64,000 nt of DNA from Escherichia phage QL01, in sequence record NC_028847.1; one strand, written 5' to 3'. A program made the translations under genes and the position numbers. Shown in pieces: positions 36,423 through 45,853 of this stretch. The notes beneath the pieces are model-generated. The model was not told the origin of the DNA, did no database searches, and saw nothing but the letters and a program-made list of their open reading frames with translations. The number at the start of each line of letters is the position of its first letter. The first letter of the stretch is position 1.

Positions 36423-37026
36423 TACGTATCCGTTCCCACATTTTGGAGGCTGCTTTAGAAGCAGAGCCAGGAAGTTTACCTTTGACCCACCCATCAGGAA
36501 TATTAGATGGGTTAATCAGTTTATGTTCTATTCCGTTATTATACCACTTCCTGCCCTTATTATGACTAGATGCTTTATAATTAGGTGAACGACCTTCTAC
36601 ATATCCTTCGGGGACTGTAGGTGCAAAGGTTTGTTCTAATGTAATAGGATTATAGGAATGAATATACCCTTTAGCATTATGAGAGCCGTAAAGAGGGTGT
36701 TGCTCTTTAGGTAGCGAAAGCCCAAAGAATCCTTTAGGAGCTGCGACAGCCCTATTAAAGAATAGAGGATTTTGGGCCGCATTGGTTCTTAACTGGTACA
36801 TTCTTTCAGCTTCTAAAGCCTCTTCTCTTGTAGGGTGTTCACTTACAATACATGAGTCAAATAATTCTGGATGCTCTAAAAGCTCATTTTTATAGATTTC
36901 TTTATATGCTTTAGAAAGGACACTCCCGTGATATCCTTTTAAATGCTTCTCTAAAGTGGTAGACCCTATATAAAACGGTGGAAGCTTAGTCCCGGAATAT
37001 ATTGTCAGGTATGTGATGTATTTCAT
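36409..37026 (-). mobile_element. GIY-YIG homing endonuclease gene (Seg-like) with NUMOD3-like C-terminus
   Basis: 205 aa; KYITYLTIY...FYIGST (GIY/YIG), conserved R/E/N block (CIVSEHPTREEALEAERMYQL); C-terminal KWYNNG...PDGWVKG; overlaps 47 start; weak RBS. Confidence 0.7.
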
Positions 37027-37058
37027 AGATTTATTTTATCATCCGAATATAAAGCAAA

Positions 37059-37078
37059 AAAGGAGCCTAAGCTCCTTT
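37059..37078 (-). terminator. intrinsic terminator
   Basis: Stem AAAGGAGC/GCTCCTTT, U6 tract. Confidence 0.55.
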
Positions 37079-37240
37079 ACCAACTAATACACCGTACAGA
37101 GGTTCGTGATTAGACCTGAACTTGATAGGCTTATAGGTAATAGTACCTTCATTTTCTGCTTTAATACGAGCGGCTTCAAATTGAAGTATCATCTCATTTT
37201 TGTCAGATTTAATCTTATCAAAATCCATCGAATTCGTCAT
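37067..37240 (-). CDS. hypothetical small protein
   Basis: Hand-called 57 aa ORF with AAGAGG SD; stop lies in terminator loop. Confidence 0.35.
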   Translation of the reverse strand: MTNSMDFDKIKSDKNEMILQFEAARIKAENEGTITYKPIKFRSNHEPLYGVLVGKGA

Positions 37241-37298
37241 TCATACAACCTCTTAAACTTTTTCGTATTCGTCTTTCATTAGCCGCCTGTCCACGTTA

Positions 37299-37499
37299 TC
37301 ATCGTTGCCACCATTTCTTAAGTTGATGAGAATCTACCCAAACCTTGGCTACGGGCTCAATCCGAAAAATTCCATCGGAATACTGGCCGACCATTTTATA
37401 TTCGGTTTCGGACTGCTTAATACAGATATTACCGTATGAGCGAAGTCTAAAGGCGGCTCCAATAAGAAGCCGTTTAAAGGGTTTATTTACTAGGGCCAT
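37299..37499 (-). CDS. hypothetical protein
   Basis: 66 aa ORF. Confidence 0.4.
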   Translation of the reverse strand: MALVNKPFKRLLIGAAFRLRSYGNICIKQSETEYKMVGQYSDGIFRIEPVAKVWVDSHQLKKWWQR

Positions 37500-37794
37500 T
37501 GACGATTTCCCAAATTTGTTTGCGGGTAGATTCCCACATCAATTGAACAAGTTCATCAGTAACAGGTTGACGGTAAATACCACGTAATTTAATTAAAGCG
37601 TACTTATATGCTTCAAAGTTGTTTTCAAGTACAGCGCCTTGGGCATGGAGATTTAAACGACGGATTTCACGAGCATTCTTCTTAAGAATCTTAGCCGCTT
37701 GAGAATTAGCTTCTTTAATATTGTGCTCTTCTAAACGTTGCTGGGCTTCTTCAATTTGCTCATCAGTCAATTGAGAAATGTCATGGCTTTGCAT
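37483..37794 (-). CDS. hypothetical protein
   Basis: 103 aa helical, basic ORF. Confidence 0.45.
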   Translation of the reverse strand: MQSHDISQLTDEQIEEAQQRLEEHNIKEANSQAAKILKKNAREIRRLNLHAQGAVLENNFEAYKYALIKLRGIYRQPVTDELVQLMWESTRKQIWEIVNGPSK

Positions 37795-37795
37795 A

Positions 37796-38026
37796 TTAAT
37801 CCTTTGGAGTCAATTCAATAGTGAAGTAGAAATTAGCGTTCTCAACATGATAACGGTAATCTACGTTATTGTCAGGAGAAGTGAATTCAATATTCCTGAC
37901 GTTAAGTGGGTCAATATCAATAGGAAGACCTTTAACATCCCGTAATATCAATTTAATAAAATAAGGGAGTGCTTCGAAGTCTTCCATTCCATCTAAAAGT
38001 GGAGTGATATTAATCTGATGTTCCAT
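37796..38026 (-). CDS. hypothetical protein
   Basis: Trimmed to Met13; overlaps 3' end of gene 55. Confidence 0.4.
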   Translation of the reverse strand: MEHQINITPLLDGMEDFEALPYFIKLILRDVKGLPIDIDPLNVRNIEFTSPDNNVDYRYHVENANFYFTIELTPKD

Positions 38027-38567
38027 ATAAAAAATCCAGTTCACCAACTTTAGGTTCGGCACTCTTATCAGACCCTGGTGCTTTAGTTAAAGAGGTTTCA
38101 TACTGAGTCATTTTGTCGTAGATATCTTGGATAAAGGTTTCATCTGCAATACCTACCATGTCGTCATCATTACTGTCATAGACATTATGGACGAAGTAGC
38201 TATATTTCTTTGCCATTTCTTTACGTTCTTTTTTGATACGCTGAACGAAGGCATTAAAACAAGCCATAGTGATATATGCATGTGGGTTGTCGTATTTTGT
38301 TTCGTCGAAGTTGTGAAGACCTTTAATCGAAGCTTCGATTCCATCAGCAATCATTTCTTGCTTCCAAGATTGGGTATATCCTGAGAAGTTGAAACGTTTA
38401 CTTAGTCCTTCAGCAATGAGCATAATAGCCAAGCCGATAACGTCGTTCTGGCGAACTATTTTATTAGGATCGGTATTTTCTCTGAGTTCTGTTTTCCATT
38501 GGGTGATAGCTTTCAGAAGCTCCTTATTATTTACATAGTTATTTTTAGTCAGTTTAATTTCGGTCAT
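38010..38567 (-). CDS. 55: late-transcription sigma factor
   Basis: 185 aa; size and sequence pattern of T4 gp55 (sigma region-2-like segment). Confidence 0.85.
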   Translation of the reverse strand: MTEIKLTKNNYVNNKELLKAITQWKTELRENTDPNKIVRQNDVIGLAIMLIAEGLSKRFNFSGYTQSWKQEMIADGIEASIKGLHNFDETKYDNPHAYITMACFNAFVQRIKKERKEMAKKYSYFVHNVYDSNDDDMVGIADETFIQDIYDKMTQYETSLTKAPGSDKSAEPKVGELDFLYGTSD

Positions 38568-38633
38568 TGTTACCTCAGATAACTCAAATCATAGGTCTAT
38601 TATATCATAGTATTTGAAGACCCTTTTAAAGCA

Positions 38634-38897
38634 TCAACGGAGTAAGCAATAAGCCTGAAATACGGTTTCAAGGATTTGTGTGAACTCGGAATAAGAAATT
38701 GTATCAGTACATCCATGTTCAGACATATATCCACAAAATTCTTTAAAAAGACCTGGATATTCGCGATGGTTGTATTTGGAAATATGAGACTTCCATACTA
38801 AAGAAGTCTCACCACAAACAAACTCAACATCCATACAGTTATCTATTAAGAAAAATCCGAGACCTTCGTAGGCGAGGGTAGTGGATACAGGGGTCAT
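38634..38897 (-). CDS. hypothetical protein
   Basis: 87 aa ORF. Confidence 0.4.
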   Translation of the reverse strand: MTPVSTTLAYEGLGFFLIDNCMDVEFVCGETSLVWKSHISKYNHREYPGLFKEFCGYMSEHGCTDTISYSEFTQILETVFQAYCLLR

Positions 38898-39160
38898 TGT
38901 AGGAATCGAGCTCCTTCTAGTGCGTCATCAAGATTATCAAACTCGTCGACATAATCAACACCGCCAACTTCGTCCTTCGCATAAAGCCAGTACTGTTTAA
39001 ATTCGTATTCGATGATGAAGTGGTCACCCTCAATCTGGAGAGCCCCATCACCATTAAATTGAACTGCATAACCGGTAAAGCGGACATCATTCAAGAGTTC
39101 TTCTTTCATAGCAATCATTTCCAAGTTTTTATCGTAATTAGAGAGTTTTATTTTAATCAT
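38894..39160 (-). CDS. hypothetical protein
   Basis: 88 aa acidic ORF. Confidence 0.4.
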   Translation of the reverse strand: MIKIKLSNYDKNLEMIAMKEELLNDVRFTGYAVQFNGDGALQIEGDHFIIEYEFKQYWLYAKDEVGGVDYVDEFDNLDDALEGARFLQ

Positions 39161-39486
39161 TTCGCTGCCTTAACAATTTTCAGGTCAACGAATTTTTTCT
39201 TACGTTGGTTTTTCATACGACGGATAGTTTTATCCGTGATTTCGCCAGGGCACCAAGCTTTGGATTCAACACCAAAGGCAGCGACATCGAATTCATCAAG
39301 GATATATTGAACCAGGATTTCACGAATACCGTTCTTACCAATTTTCTGGTCTTTAGAGTGCATGATTGGTAACAGTTCAGCAACCCATTGGTCAAGAACC
39401 TGAGGAGTTACAAAACCTGTTTTCATCAGTTCGTTTACTTTATCGAAAGCGAAAGAGTTCAGTACGTTTTTAATAGCTTGTGACAT
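39157..39486 (-). CDS. hypothetical protein
   Basis: Start at MSQAIKNV; leader nearly identical to that of gene at 45854-46696. Confidence 0.45.
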   Translation of the reverse strand: MSQAIKNVLNSFAFDKVNELMKTGFVTPQVLDQWVAELLPIMHSKDQKIGKNGIREILVQYILDEFDVAAFGVESKAWCPGEITDKTIRRMKNQRKKKFVDLKIVKAAK

Positions 39487-39554
39487 AATAATTTCCTCAG
39501 TTTTAAAGTTATAATCCGTAGGACCATTATACTCTGGTCCCAAGAGTTTGTAAA

Positions 39555-39755
39555 CTATTTTTGACTCATTGCACCTTTCCAGCCTTCGTACATAGATGCA
39601 GCTGAAATTAATAAAGCGCCTGAACAACTTGAATATTTGTGGTTCCAAAACCAGTTCAGAAAAACTTCGTCATCAATACCTTGGGCTATCATATTTTCAA
39701 AGAACTGACGACGAGCTTCAGCAATTCGCTGTGATAATTTAGATTCAGGATTCAT
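39555..39755 (-). CDS. hypothetical protein
   Basis: 66 aa ORF. Confidence 0.4.
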   Translation of the reverse strand: MNPESKLSQRIAEARRQFFENMIAQGIDDEVFLNWFWNHKYSSCSGALLISAASMYEGWKGAMSQK

Positions 39756-39894
39756 TTAAATTTTCCAATTGCCATTTTCATCAATGAATTTAACCCAGTC
39801 ATTTACCGACCACTTGGTTGTATCGCCTTTTGGAGCAACATTTAAGGTATATAACCCCTGCTTAAAAAGCATTCGTTTGATATTCATATTTTCC

Positions 39895-40188
39895 TCAGCT
39901 ATAACGATAACATTCGTTTGATTTACGTTTTGCAACTCGATGAGAAGTATTGTAATCAGGTTCATCGTCATTGTAAACATCTTTTTTCAGCTTTCTCACT
40001 TCTTTACGAAGCTGGCGGTTCATTTCGTTCTTAACTTCAGAATCAACACCGCGCATACGTTTCCACTTGTCGGAACGGAAGATATTTTCTTCAACCAGTT
40101 CCTGACTTACGCCGTCCGGTGCTTTACGACGTCCGGAATAATAAAAATCTTTTACAGACAATTCTTTACGACGAATAGTTTTACCCAT
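39895..40188 (-). CDS. hypothetical highly basic protein
   Basis: 97 aa, Lys/Arg-rich. Confidence 0.45.
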   Translation of the reverse strand: MGKTIRRKELSVKDFYYSGRRKAPDGVSQELVEENIFRSDKWKRMRGVDSEVKNEMNRQLRKEVRKLKKDVYNDDEPDYNTSHRVAKRKSNECYRYS

Positions 40189-40190
40189 AG

Positions 40191-40445
40191 TTACCTCAGC
40201 AGTTTGTATCCAATAAGATTTTTAATGTATTGGACATCTTTGACATCCAAATCTAACTTAATATCTTTCAGGCGGTCGCACAGGGTCAAAAAGGTTACAT
40301 GTTTCCAATTCTTCACTGGGCAGCAATAAGTTTTCGGGCCGTTGGCGATTTCAATATTCTTATCAGTGACGGTGAGAAAAATCAGGCGCTCATCATCCAG
40401 ATTAAGGGTAATGATATTTTTCATTGAATGTAATTTCAGACTCAT
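40191..40445 (-). CDS. hypothetical protein
   Basis: 84 aa ORF. Confidence 0.4.
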   Translation of the reverse strand: MSLKLHSMKNIITLNLDDERLIFLTVTDKNIEIANGPKTYCCPVKNWKHVTFLTLCDRLKDIKLDLDVKDVQYIKNLIGYKLLR

Positions 40446-40624
40446 GATTTGATTTCCTTAGCTATTGAACAAAACACGCTACGGTCACATACCATCATTG
40501 GAATATTTCTATGGTCCAGTACACGATACCATACGTCTGAATCGCTAGCAGCAATTACACGAACCGCACGCCCATTCACCAAATAATACTGGTCGGCTTT
40601 AATTTCTTTATCTTGGATAGTCAT
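40442..40624 (-). CDS. hypothetical protein
   Basis: 60 aa ORF downstream of promoter cassette 40654-40682. Confidence 0.4.
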   Translation of the reverse strand: MTIQDKEIKADQYYLVNGRAVRVIAASDSDVWYRVLDHRNIPMMVCDRSVFCSIAKEIKS

Positions 40625-40653
40625 AATGTTCTCCTCATGTGTTGATAGGATAG

Positions 40654-40682
40654 ACTATAACACGTGAGGAGAGGAAGTAAAT
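40654..40682 (-). promoter_or_regulatory. early-type promoter cassette with inverted repeat
   Basis: ATTTAC, 17 nt, TATAGT; arms CTCCTCA(C/T)GTG. Confidence 0.45.
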
Positions 40683-40683
40683 A

Positions 40684-41001
40684 CTAATCTTCAATTAAAT
40701 CTTGGTCATAACCAAGTTCAATCAAAAGCGATTTGAAGGCAGGAATATTTTCTATTTTCTTATTATCGACAAATATGACAGGATAGCGTATCGCTAAGCT
40801 CTTGAAGCCTGCACGTTTGGCCAATGATACTATAAGAGGCTTGTCGTATACTGCGCCTGACGGCGTCTGGTTAATCACAGGATAGAAAGTATGTGGGATA
40901 GAAAGGGAATTTAGGAGCGATAGAACAGCAATGCACCCTGGACAGCGCATGACTGTCTCAGGGATACCGTAAATCTCAATTTTAGTTAACTTTTGGTCCA
41001 C
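40684..41001 (-). CDS. nrdH: glutaredoxin/NrdH-like redoxin
   Basis: 105 aa; CPGC active-site motif near N-terminus; thioredoxin-fold length; T4 nrdH position after 55. Confidence 0.5.
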   Translation of the reverse strand: MDQKLTKIEIYGIPETVMRCPGCIAVLSLLNSLSIPHTFYPVINQTPSGAVYDKPLIVSLAKRAGFKSLAIRYPVIFVDNKKIENIPAFKSLLIELGYDQDLIED

Positions 41002-41278
41002 AGGAAATAACTCCTTGGTAGTCCCAGGTTTTTAGAACTTCGTCCTCATTAGTTCCATACGGGACGTAAATCTGGATAAGGAACCCGGTGTCATCAAAAG
41101 AGAAGTAGACAGTCGGTTTAATACCATGAATCTCTGACAGAGCATAGATGTCCTTGAGGTCGTCTTCCTTACCTTTAAAGAATTCAGGGTTCAGGTCACA
41201 GTCATGGAAGTACCAATCATCACCAAACTTGTCCCAAGCGGTCCAATTCAAAGCTACATATTCTTCAAAACGTTTCAT
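40982..41278 (-). CDS. hypothetical protein
   Basis: 98 aa acidic ORF. Confidence 0.4.
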   Translation of the reverse strand: MKRFEEYVALNWTAWDKFGDDWYFHDCDLNPEFFKGKEDDLKDIYALSEIHGIKPTVYFSFDDTGFLIQIYVPYGTNEDEVLKTWDYQGVISCGPKVN

Positions 41279-41502
41279 TCTTTCACCTTCATCATTTTTG
41301 CAATAACACTATGAACAGCCTGGATTCGTTTGTCGAACTCGGACCCTTCAAGACCTTTTTCAGTACTCAGAGCACCAATAATCATGAACAGCAATCCAAA
41401 CGGAATAGCCAGGATTAAAAGGCATACGATAAACAGAACCAATGTTATATTAGCCAGGATATCAGAAACAGCATTACGAAATTTATTCATTAAAGAACCC
41501 AC
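41275..41502 (-). CDS. small membrane protein
   Basis: 75 aa with hydrophobic core. Confidence 0.4.
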   Translation of the reverse strand: MGSLMNKFRNAVSDILANITLVLFIVCLLILAIPFGLLFMIIGALSTEKGLEGSEFDKRIQAVHSVIAKMMKVKE

Positions 41503-41611
41503 ATGTTAGTTACAACAAATAACCATTGAGCAGGATACTCAACACCCATAATACGCACCGCATCATTCAGAGATTCGGCTAAAGCATAAAATGTGTAGCC
41601 ATAAAAATTAA

Positions 41612-42085
41612 TCATTTAAGCGATTTCCTCAGTTGTTTTTTAAATGAATCGACCATTTGTTTCTTAGTGTCAGATTCATTATAAGTCATTCCATGTGAAA
41701 GCATTTCAGCAATCATTTCTTCCTTACCTAACCTGCTGAACTCTTTGGTTTTATCAGGAACGAAATTAGGATGGATATTGTTTTCAGTATAATCAGCTTT
41801 CAGATAGACCAGCAAATTCTCTAACCATTCGAGGTAGTCAACGTTTTGACCTTTAAGACCAGAACGGTTGAACTTATGCTTCATTTGTCCTTCTGCAGCA
41901 TTGCACAGATTACATAGTAAACCACGAACCTTACCGGCTTTTGGCCCGTTCAATTCATGGTCGTGGTCAAGGTGGTTACTTTGAACATCAGGGTTTAATT
42001 CACGTTTACAAATCAAACACTTACCACATTGTGCATCATAAAGTTTTTGTTTTTCTTCTTTGTATAATTTGCCGGTCAACAACAT
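41612..42085 (-). CDS. 49: endonuclease VII (Holliday junction resolvase)
   Basis: 157 aa; near-identical to T4 gp49 (MLLTGKLYKEEKQK.YDAQ, zinc motif, HLDHDHELNGPKAGKVRGLLCNLCNAAEG). Confidence 0.95.
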   Translation of the reverse strand: MLLTGKLYKEEKQKLYDAQCGKCLICKRELNPDVQSNHLDHDHELNGPKAGKVRGLLCNLCNAAEGQMKHKFNRSGLKGQNVDYLEWLENLLVYLKADYTENNIHPNFVPDKTKEFSRLGKEEMIAEMLSHGMTYNESDTKKQMVDSFKKQLRKSLK

Positions 42086-42120
42086 AATAAACCCTTACCA
42101 TTATTAGATAAGGGTATTTA

Positions 42121-42330
42121 TTATTTTTCAAATGTACTATAAAACGAGCGATGCAACCGTTTAAATTGACGAATCATCTTTTTAGTAGGACGGGTGTATA
42201 ACCCTACACAAGTGGCCATAAACTGATCAGTAGGACTTCCTTTAATAAGAAGTTTCCAGACTTTACCGCCATTTAACTTTTCAGTATAAATCAGTTCAGT
42301 TTTCATAGTAAAACCCATATTCCATATCAA
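42121..42330 (-). CDS. hypothetical protein
   Basis: 69 aa basic ORF. Confidence 0.4.
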   Translation of the reverse strand: MIWNMGFTMKTELIYTEKLNGGKVWKLLIKGSPTDQFMATCVGLYTRPTKKMIRQFKRLHRSFYSTFEK

Positions 42331-42437
42331 TTAAATCATTGTTTGAAGGTTCATTATACTCTATTTCGGAATCGTTGTAAACGGGTTCCTCTGGCTCGGT
42401 AGGTTCTATCGTATCCCACCGAGCGACATACCATGGC

Positions 42438-42815
42438 TTAACGGTCACACCACCAACTACTTACTTCAAAATCAGGTTCACCGTGTTCCCAGTACCAAGG
42501 ACCGACTGGATGCCAATCACCGTGTTCATCTTCTTCAAATTCTTCAGATTCAAGGCCAACGTATTGCCATTGGACTTCATAAGCAGTGCCGCCGATTACA
42601 ACAGTGTTCTCGCCATATGGATGGGCTACAGCAAAGTCTATACCTTCTGCTTTAGCCAACCAAACCATATATTCGTATAGTTTATATTCCAGGTCATCTT
42701 CGGTACCATCACCTAGAAAAATGGTTTGTTCGTTTAATTCAATCATTTGAAGTTCCAGAATGAAGCACCAACCAGAAATAAAGGCCAACAAATCATAGAC
42801 GTCAACCACCAACAA
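42438..42815 (-). CDS. hypothetical acidic Trp-rich protein
   Basis: 125 aa; track start appears to be TTG with AGGTGA SD; start uncertain. Confidence 0.35.
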   Translation of the reverse strand: MLVVDVYDLLAFISGWCFILELQMIELNEQTIFLGDGTEDDLEYKLYEYMVWLAKAEGIDFAVAHPYGENTVVIGGTAYEVQWQYVGLESEEFEEDEHGDWHPVGPWYWEHGEPDFEVSSWWCDR

Positions 42816-42900
42816 AAGTCACCTGAATCATCTAATTTAGCTAGGGTCTTAGCATAACCAATACCGATGATAAGATACAAAACAACCAACATTAATTCAA

Positions 42901-43164
42901 TCATTTGAAATACGCTCGCAGTTGGTCAAAGCCACCAATATGACTTCCATCAGGGGCAAATACTTGCGGCATGGTCAAACCGATTTGAGATTCGCGACCA
43001 AGCGCAGCCAGGAGTTGAGCAATCTTCTCATCATCAAATACGCCTTTTTCCGGCATCACGTTAATGAATTCGTAAGGTTGTTTCTTAACATCAAGCAGAC
43101 GTTTGGCATTATCACAGAAAACACAACGGTGAATATTTGAATCATAACCATAAACTTTAAACAT
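42901..43164 (-). CDS. nrdC: thioredoxin (glutaredoxin-like) NrdC
   Basis: 87 aa; near-identical to T4 NrdC, CVFC active site. Confidence 0.9.
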   Translation of the reverse strand: MFKVYGYDSNIHRCVFCDNAKRLLDVKKQPYEFINVMPEKGVFDDEKIAQLLAALGRESQIGLTMPQVFAPDGSHIGGFDQLRAYFK

Positions 43165-43165
43165 T

Positions 43166-43402
43166 TTAAATTCCTAATATTTGTTTGAATGCTTCAGAAC
43201 GGTCAAGTTCTGTTCCATATTTTTCCATGTGCTCATATTTTAAATTATACACATCAGATAGTATATTATTATACGAGCGAGTTAAAGCAGATTTCAATAC
43301 TGAATAACTGTCCGGAAATTTACCATGCTCTTTATAATAAGCTAAAGTAAGTTCGCGGACTGCCTTATCGGCAGCCTCTACATATTCTTTACGCTTTGCC
43401 AT
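43166..43402 (-). CDS. hypothetical protein
   Basis: Trimmed to Met39 to remove overlap. Confidence 0.4.
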   Translation of the reverse strand: MAKRKEYVEAADKAVRELTLAYYKEHGKFPDSYSVLKSALTRSYNNILSDVYNLKYEHMEKYGTELDRSEAFKQILGI

Positions 43403-43700
43403 TTTCTTCTCGCTCAAATTTATGTTTACAATGGCGGCATTTGTAACGAAGATTACTAGTCTGCCAATGGACCAATTGAACCTGTTCTGTGCCGCACTTA
43501 GGACAGTTAGGAACATTCTTAGAAGCTTGTTCTCGTCGTGCGACCATAGCCATTACAGCATCCCAATTAACGGCATCATCATAATCATCACAACCATGAA
43601 TTTTACCAACCAATTCAACTTCAACATCCGCGGCTTTAATAAATTTCAATAAACCAGTATTAGATGCTGAAGCAATATCTTCAGCTAAACGTTGTTTCAT
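43389..43700 (-). CDS. zinc-ribbon protein
   Basis: 103 aa; C-terminal CPKCG...CRHCKHKF. Confidence 0.45.
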   Translation of the reverse strand: MKQRLAEDIASASNTGLLKFIKAADVEVELVGKIHGCDDYDDAVNWDAVMAMVARREQASKNVPNCPKCGTEQVQLVHWQTSNLRYKCRHCKHKFEREENGKA

Positions 43701-44707
43701 TTCAGCAGCTCCAGAGCCTGTTCAAGACGGTCTAAACGATTGGTAGACTCTTCCCAAAGTTTCTTGGCAGCAGTATATTGGCCAGTCAGTTTTTTGTTGA
43801 TAGCAAGGGCGTCTTTATACGCTTTTTCCAAGGCAACGACTTCCGGTAACTTGGATTTAGTAATTGGTGTAGGGGCCATGATAGGGCTGTTCAAGTCGTT
43901 AATCAAATCTTCTAATGTAGCAGGCTCTTTATCAGTGTTCACAATTTCCTCACATTTTTCTTTGTAAATTTCAGCATCAGTTTTTGGAACGGTACATTTG
44001 ATTTCACGGACTGTTACTAAGACCTCATATCCTTTCCAGCCTAAGTGGTGTTTAACTTCTTGGGTCTCATATTTCTCTACGGTATCCATCAGAGCTAAAG
44101 CTTGTTCGATAGTATTCAAGGTATCGTAAGCAATATCTTGATACTTTACAACTTCCGCATCATCTTTAGGTTTCCTATTAGGTGACCAAATAACAGAAAT
44201 AATAGCTTTTCCTTTATAACTATTTGTTTTAATCATGCAATTAGCCATCGGGTGAATAGTACGACAATCACCGGAAACTATAGTTTTAGAGGCCGCTTTG
44301 AGAATTAATGCAGAGTTAGCCTTGAATTCGCTAACCCAACGTTGCGGAAATAAACTATTAGGGTCCATACCTTTAATTTTGATATAACCTTTTATGGTAT
44401 CACCAAACCATTTGTAGCTAACAACACGGTTGGAACCTGGATATTTCTCTTTACCGAACTCAGAAAGGATGTCCTTATTGACCAGGCGCGAAAGCAGTCG
44501 AGAACCTTTAAATGTTTTAATGATATCATGAATGCACAAACGGCCTGCAATCTTTTCGATTTCAGCTTTGAAACAGCGCGATAATGCATCATCAATTTGG
44601 TCGACCCATTTATTGATATTAGAAACTATTACCTCGTATGGGGTTAACGGAGGGGTGTTGGTAGTGATATACGTAGTAAAGGCATTGATGTATTCAGTAC
44701 GAGTCAT
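43697..44707 (-). CDS. hypothetical protein with C-terminal coiled coil
   Basis: 336 aa; own promoter cassette 44734-44763. Confidence 0.5.
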   Translation of the reverse strand: MTRTEYINAFTTYITTNTPPLTPYEVIVSNINKWVDQIDDALSRCFKAEIEKIAGRLCIHDIIKTFKGSRLLSRLVNKDILSEFGKEKYPGSNRVVSYKWFGDTIKGYIKIKGMDPNSLFPQRWVSEFKANSALILKAASKTIVSGDCRTIHPMANCMIKTNSYKGKAIISVIWSPNRKPKDDAEVVKYQDIAYDTLNTIEQALALMDTVEKYETQEVKHHLGWKGYEVLVTVREIKCTVPKTDAEIYKEKCEEIVNTDKEPATLEDLINDLNSPIMAPTPITKSKLPEVVALEKAYKDALAINKKLTGQYTAAKKLWEESTNRLDRLEQALELLK

Positions 44708-44733
44708 GATATTCTCCTCAGTAGATTTAAAAG

Positions 44734-44763
44734 ATTATACTCCATCCATCCTTGGATGTAAAC
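44734..44763 (-). promoter_or_regulatory. early-type promoter cassette
   Basis: GTTTAC, 18 nt, TATAAT. Confidence 0.55.
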
Positions 44764-44764
44764 A

Positions 44765-45658
44765 TTATTTTAGAGCTAATACTGCCGCGCGGAGCTTGTC
44801 ACGCTGGAGTTCCATGTTCTTGATGCGAATCAATACGTCTTGAATACTCTTTTTCTCATCTTCGATCTGGCCGTTTAAACGGTGGATTGATTCCTGGAGG
44901 TGGTCCTCATGATACTTCTCGATAGGTTTCATCGTAGGGTTAGTAACCACCAAAGAATTCTCGGGTTTAATTTTCCAATGATACGGTTCAGAATTGAATG
45001 GACTCGGTACAGCCGTGGTTTTGAATCTGTCATAGGCTGCATACTGGCCTACGCTGTCACATGATACTGCAGAGATACGACGTTCCATTTGTGGTTCCTT
45101 TTGTTGGGATTGATAAGGGGCATAAGACAAAAGATATTCACGAGTTAGTTTAATATTAAAATAAACTGCATCAGCCCGCTCAAAACAATCAGCATATTCA
45201 TCGGTTGTAACTTTATATGATTCTACTGCCTTAATACGGGTCATTGCCTCTCTGAATAAGGTTTCGAATGCTTCACGAAGAGCCTTATTGCCTTTTGAGG
45301 TGGGACGGAAACGAACTTGAATACCGTCAGGCAGAATATTAATGACTAGGTTACGAGCCGTAAAATTAATATTCTTGATATTGACAGGAACCGTAGAAAT
45401 ACGTCCTGCGGTAGCCAAGAGGTCTTTGATATTAGCTCGCAGTGTTGCACCAAATAAATGAGCAGGGCAACGGCAATAATCGTTCAAAGAACTAATATAA
45501 GTCCCTTTACGACCTACACCATAAGTATAATTACCATTACAAATATGGCCAAAGTCTGCCAGCCGATCGATAGCGATACGACGAGTCGTGTCATGGTCAT
45601 AGATGGAATATTCTTTACGTGTTTTAATGTTCATATCAGAGTCCAAATAATTTTTCAT
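44765..45658 (-). CDS. hypothetical protein with C-terminal coiled coil
   Basis: 297 aa. Confidence 0.5.
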   Translation of the reverse strand: MKNYLDSDMNIKTRKEYSIYDHDTTRRIAIDRLADFGHICNGNYTYGVGRKGTYISSLNDYCRCPAHLFGATLRANIKDLLATAGRISTVPVNIKNINFTARNLVINILPDGIQVRFRPTSKGNKALREAFETLFREAMTRIKAVESYKVTTDEYADCFERADAVYFNIKLTREYLLSYAPYQSQQKEPQMERRISAVSCDSVGQYAAYDRFKTTAVPSPFNSEPYHWKIKPENSLVVTNPTMKPIEKYHEDHLQESIHRLNGQIEDEKKSIQDVLIRIKNMELQRDKLRAAVLALK

Positions 45659-45851
45659 AGAGTTTAGCGATAGGCCACAGAATTAGCATACATAACCAGG
45701 CAAAGCAAAATACTGGCCATACAAATGTAATGAATACCGCATCATAGCTTGATTCAATTTTAACCGGGTTCCACGCGCCTGTTTTATGCGCAATCAAAGC
45801 AGTAATAAATCCTATCACAAGATAAGCAAGAATAAAACCAATAATTTCCAT
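45636..45851 (-). CDS. small membrane protein
   Basis: 71 aa, two hydrophobic helices. Confidence 0.45.
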   Translation of the reverse strand: MEIIGFILAYLVIGFITALIAHKTGAWNPVKIESSYDAVFITFVWPVFCFAWLCMLILWPIAKLYEKLFGL

Positions 45852-45853
45852 AA

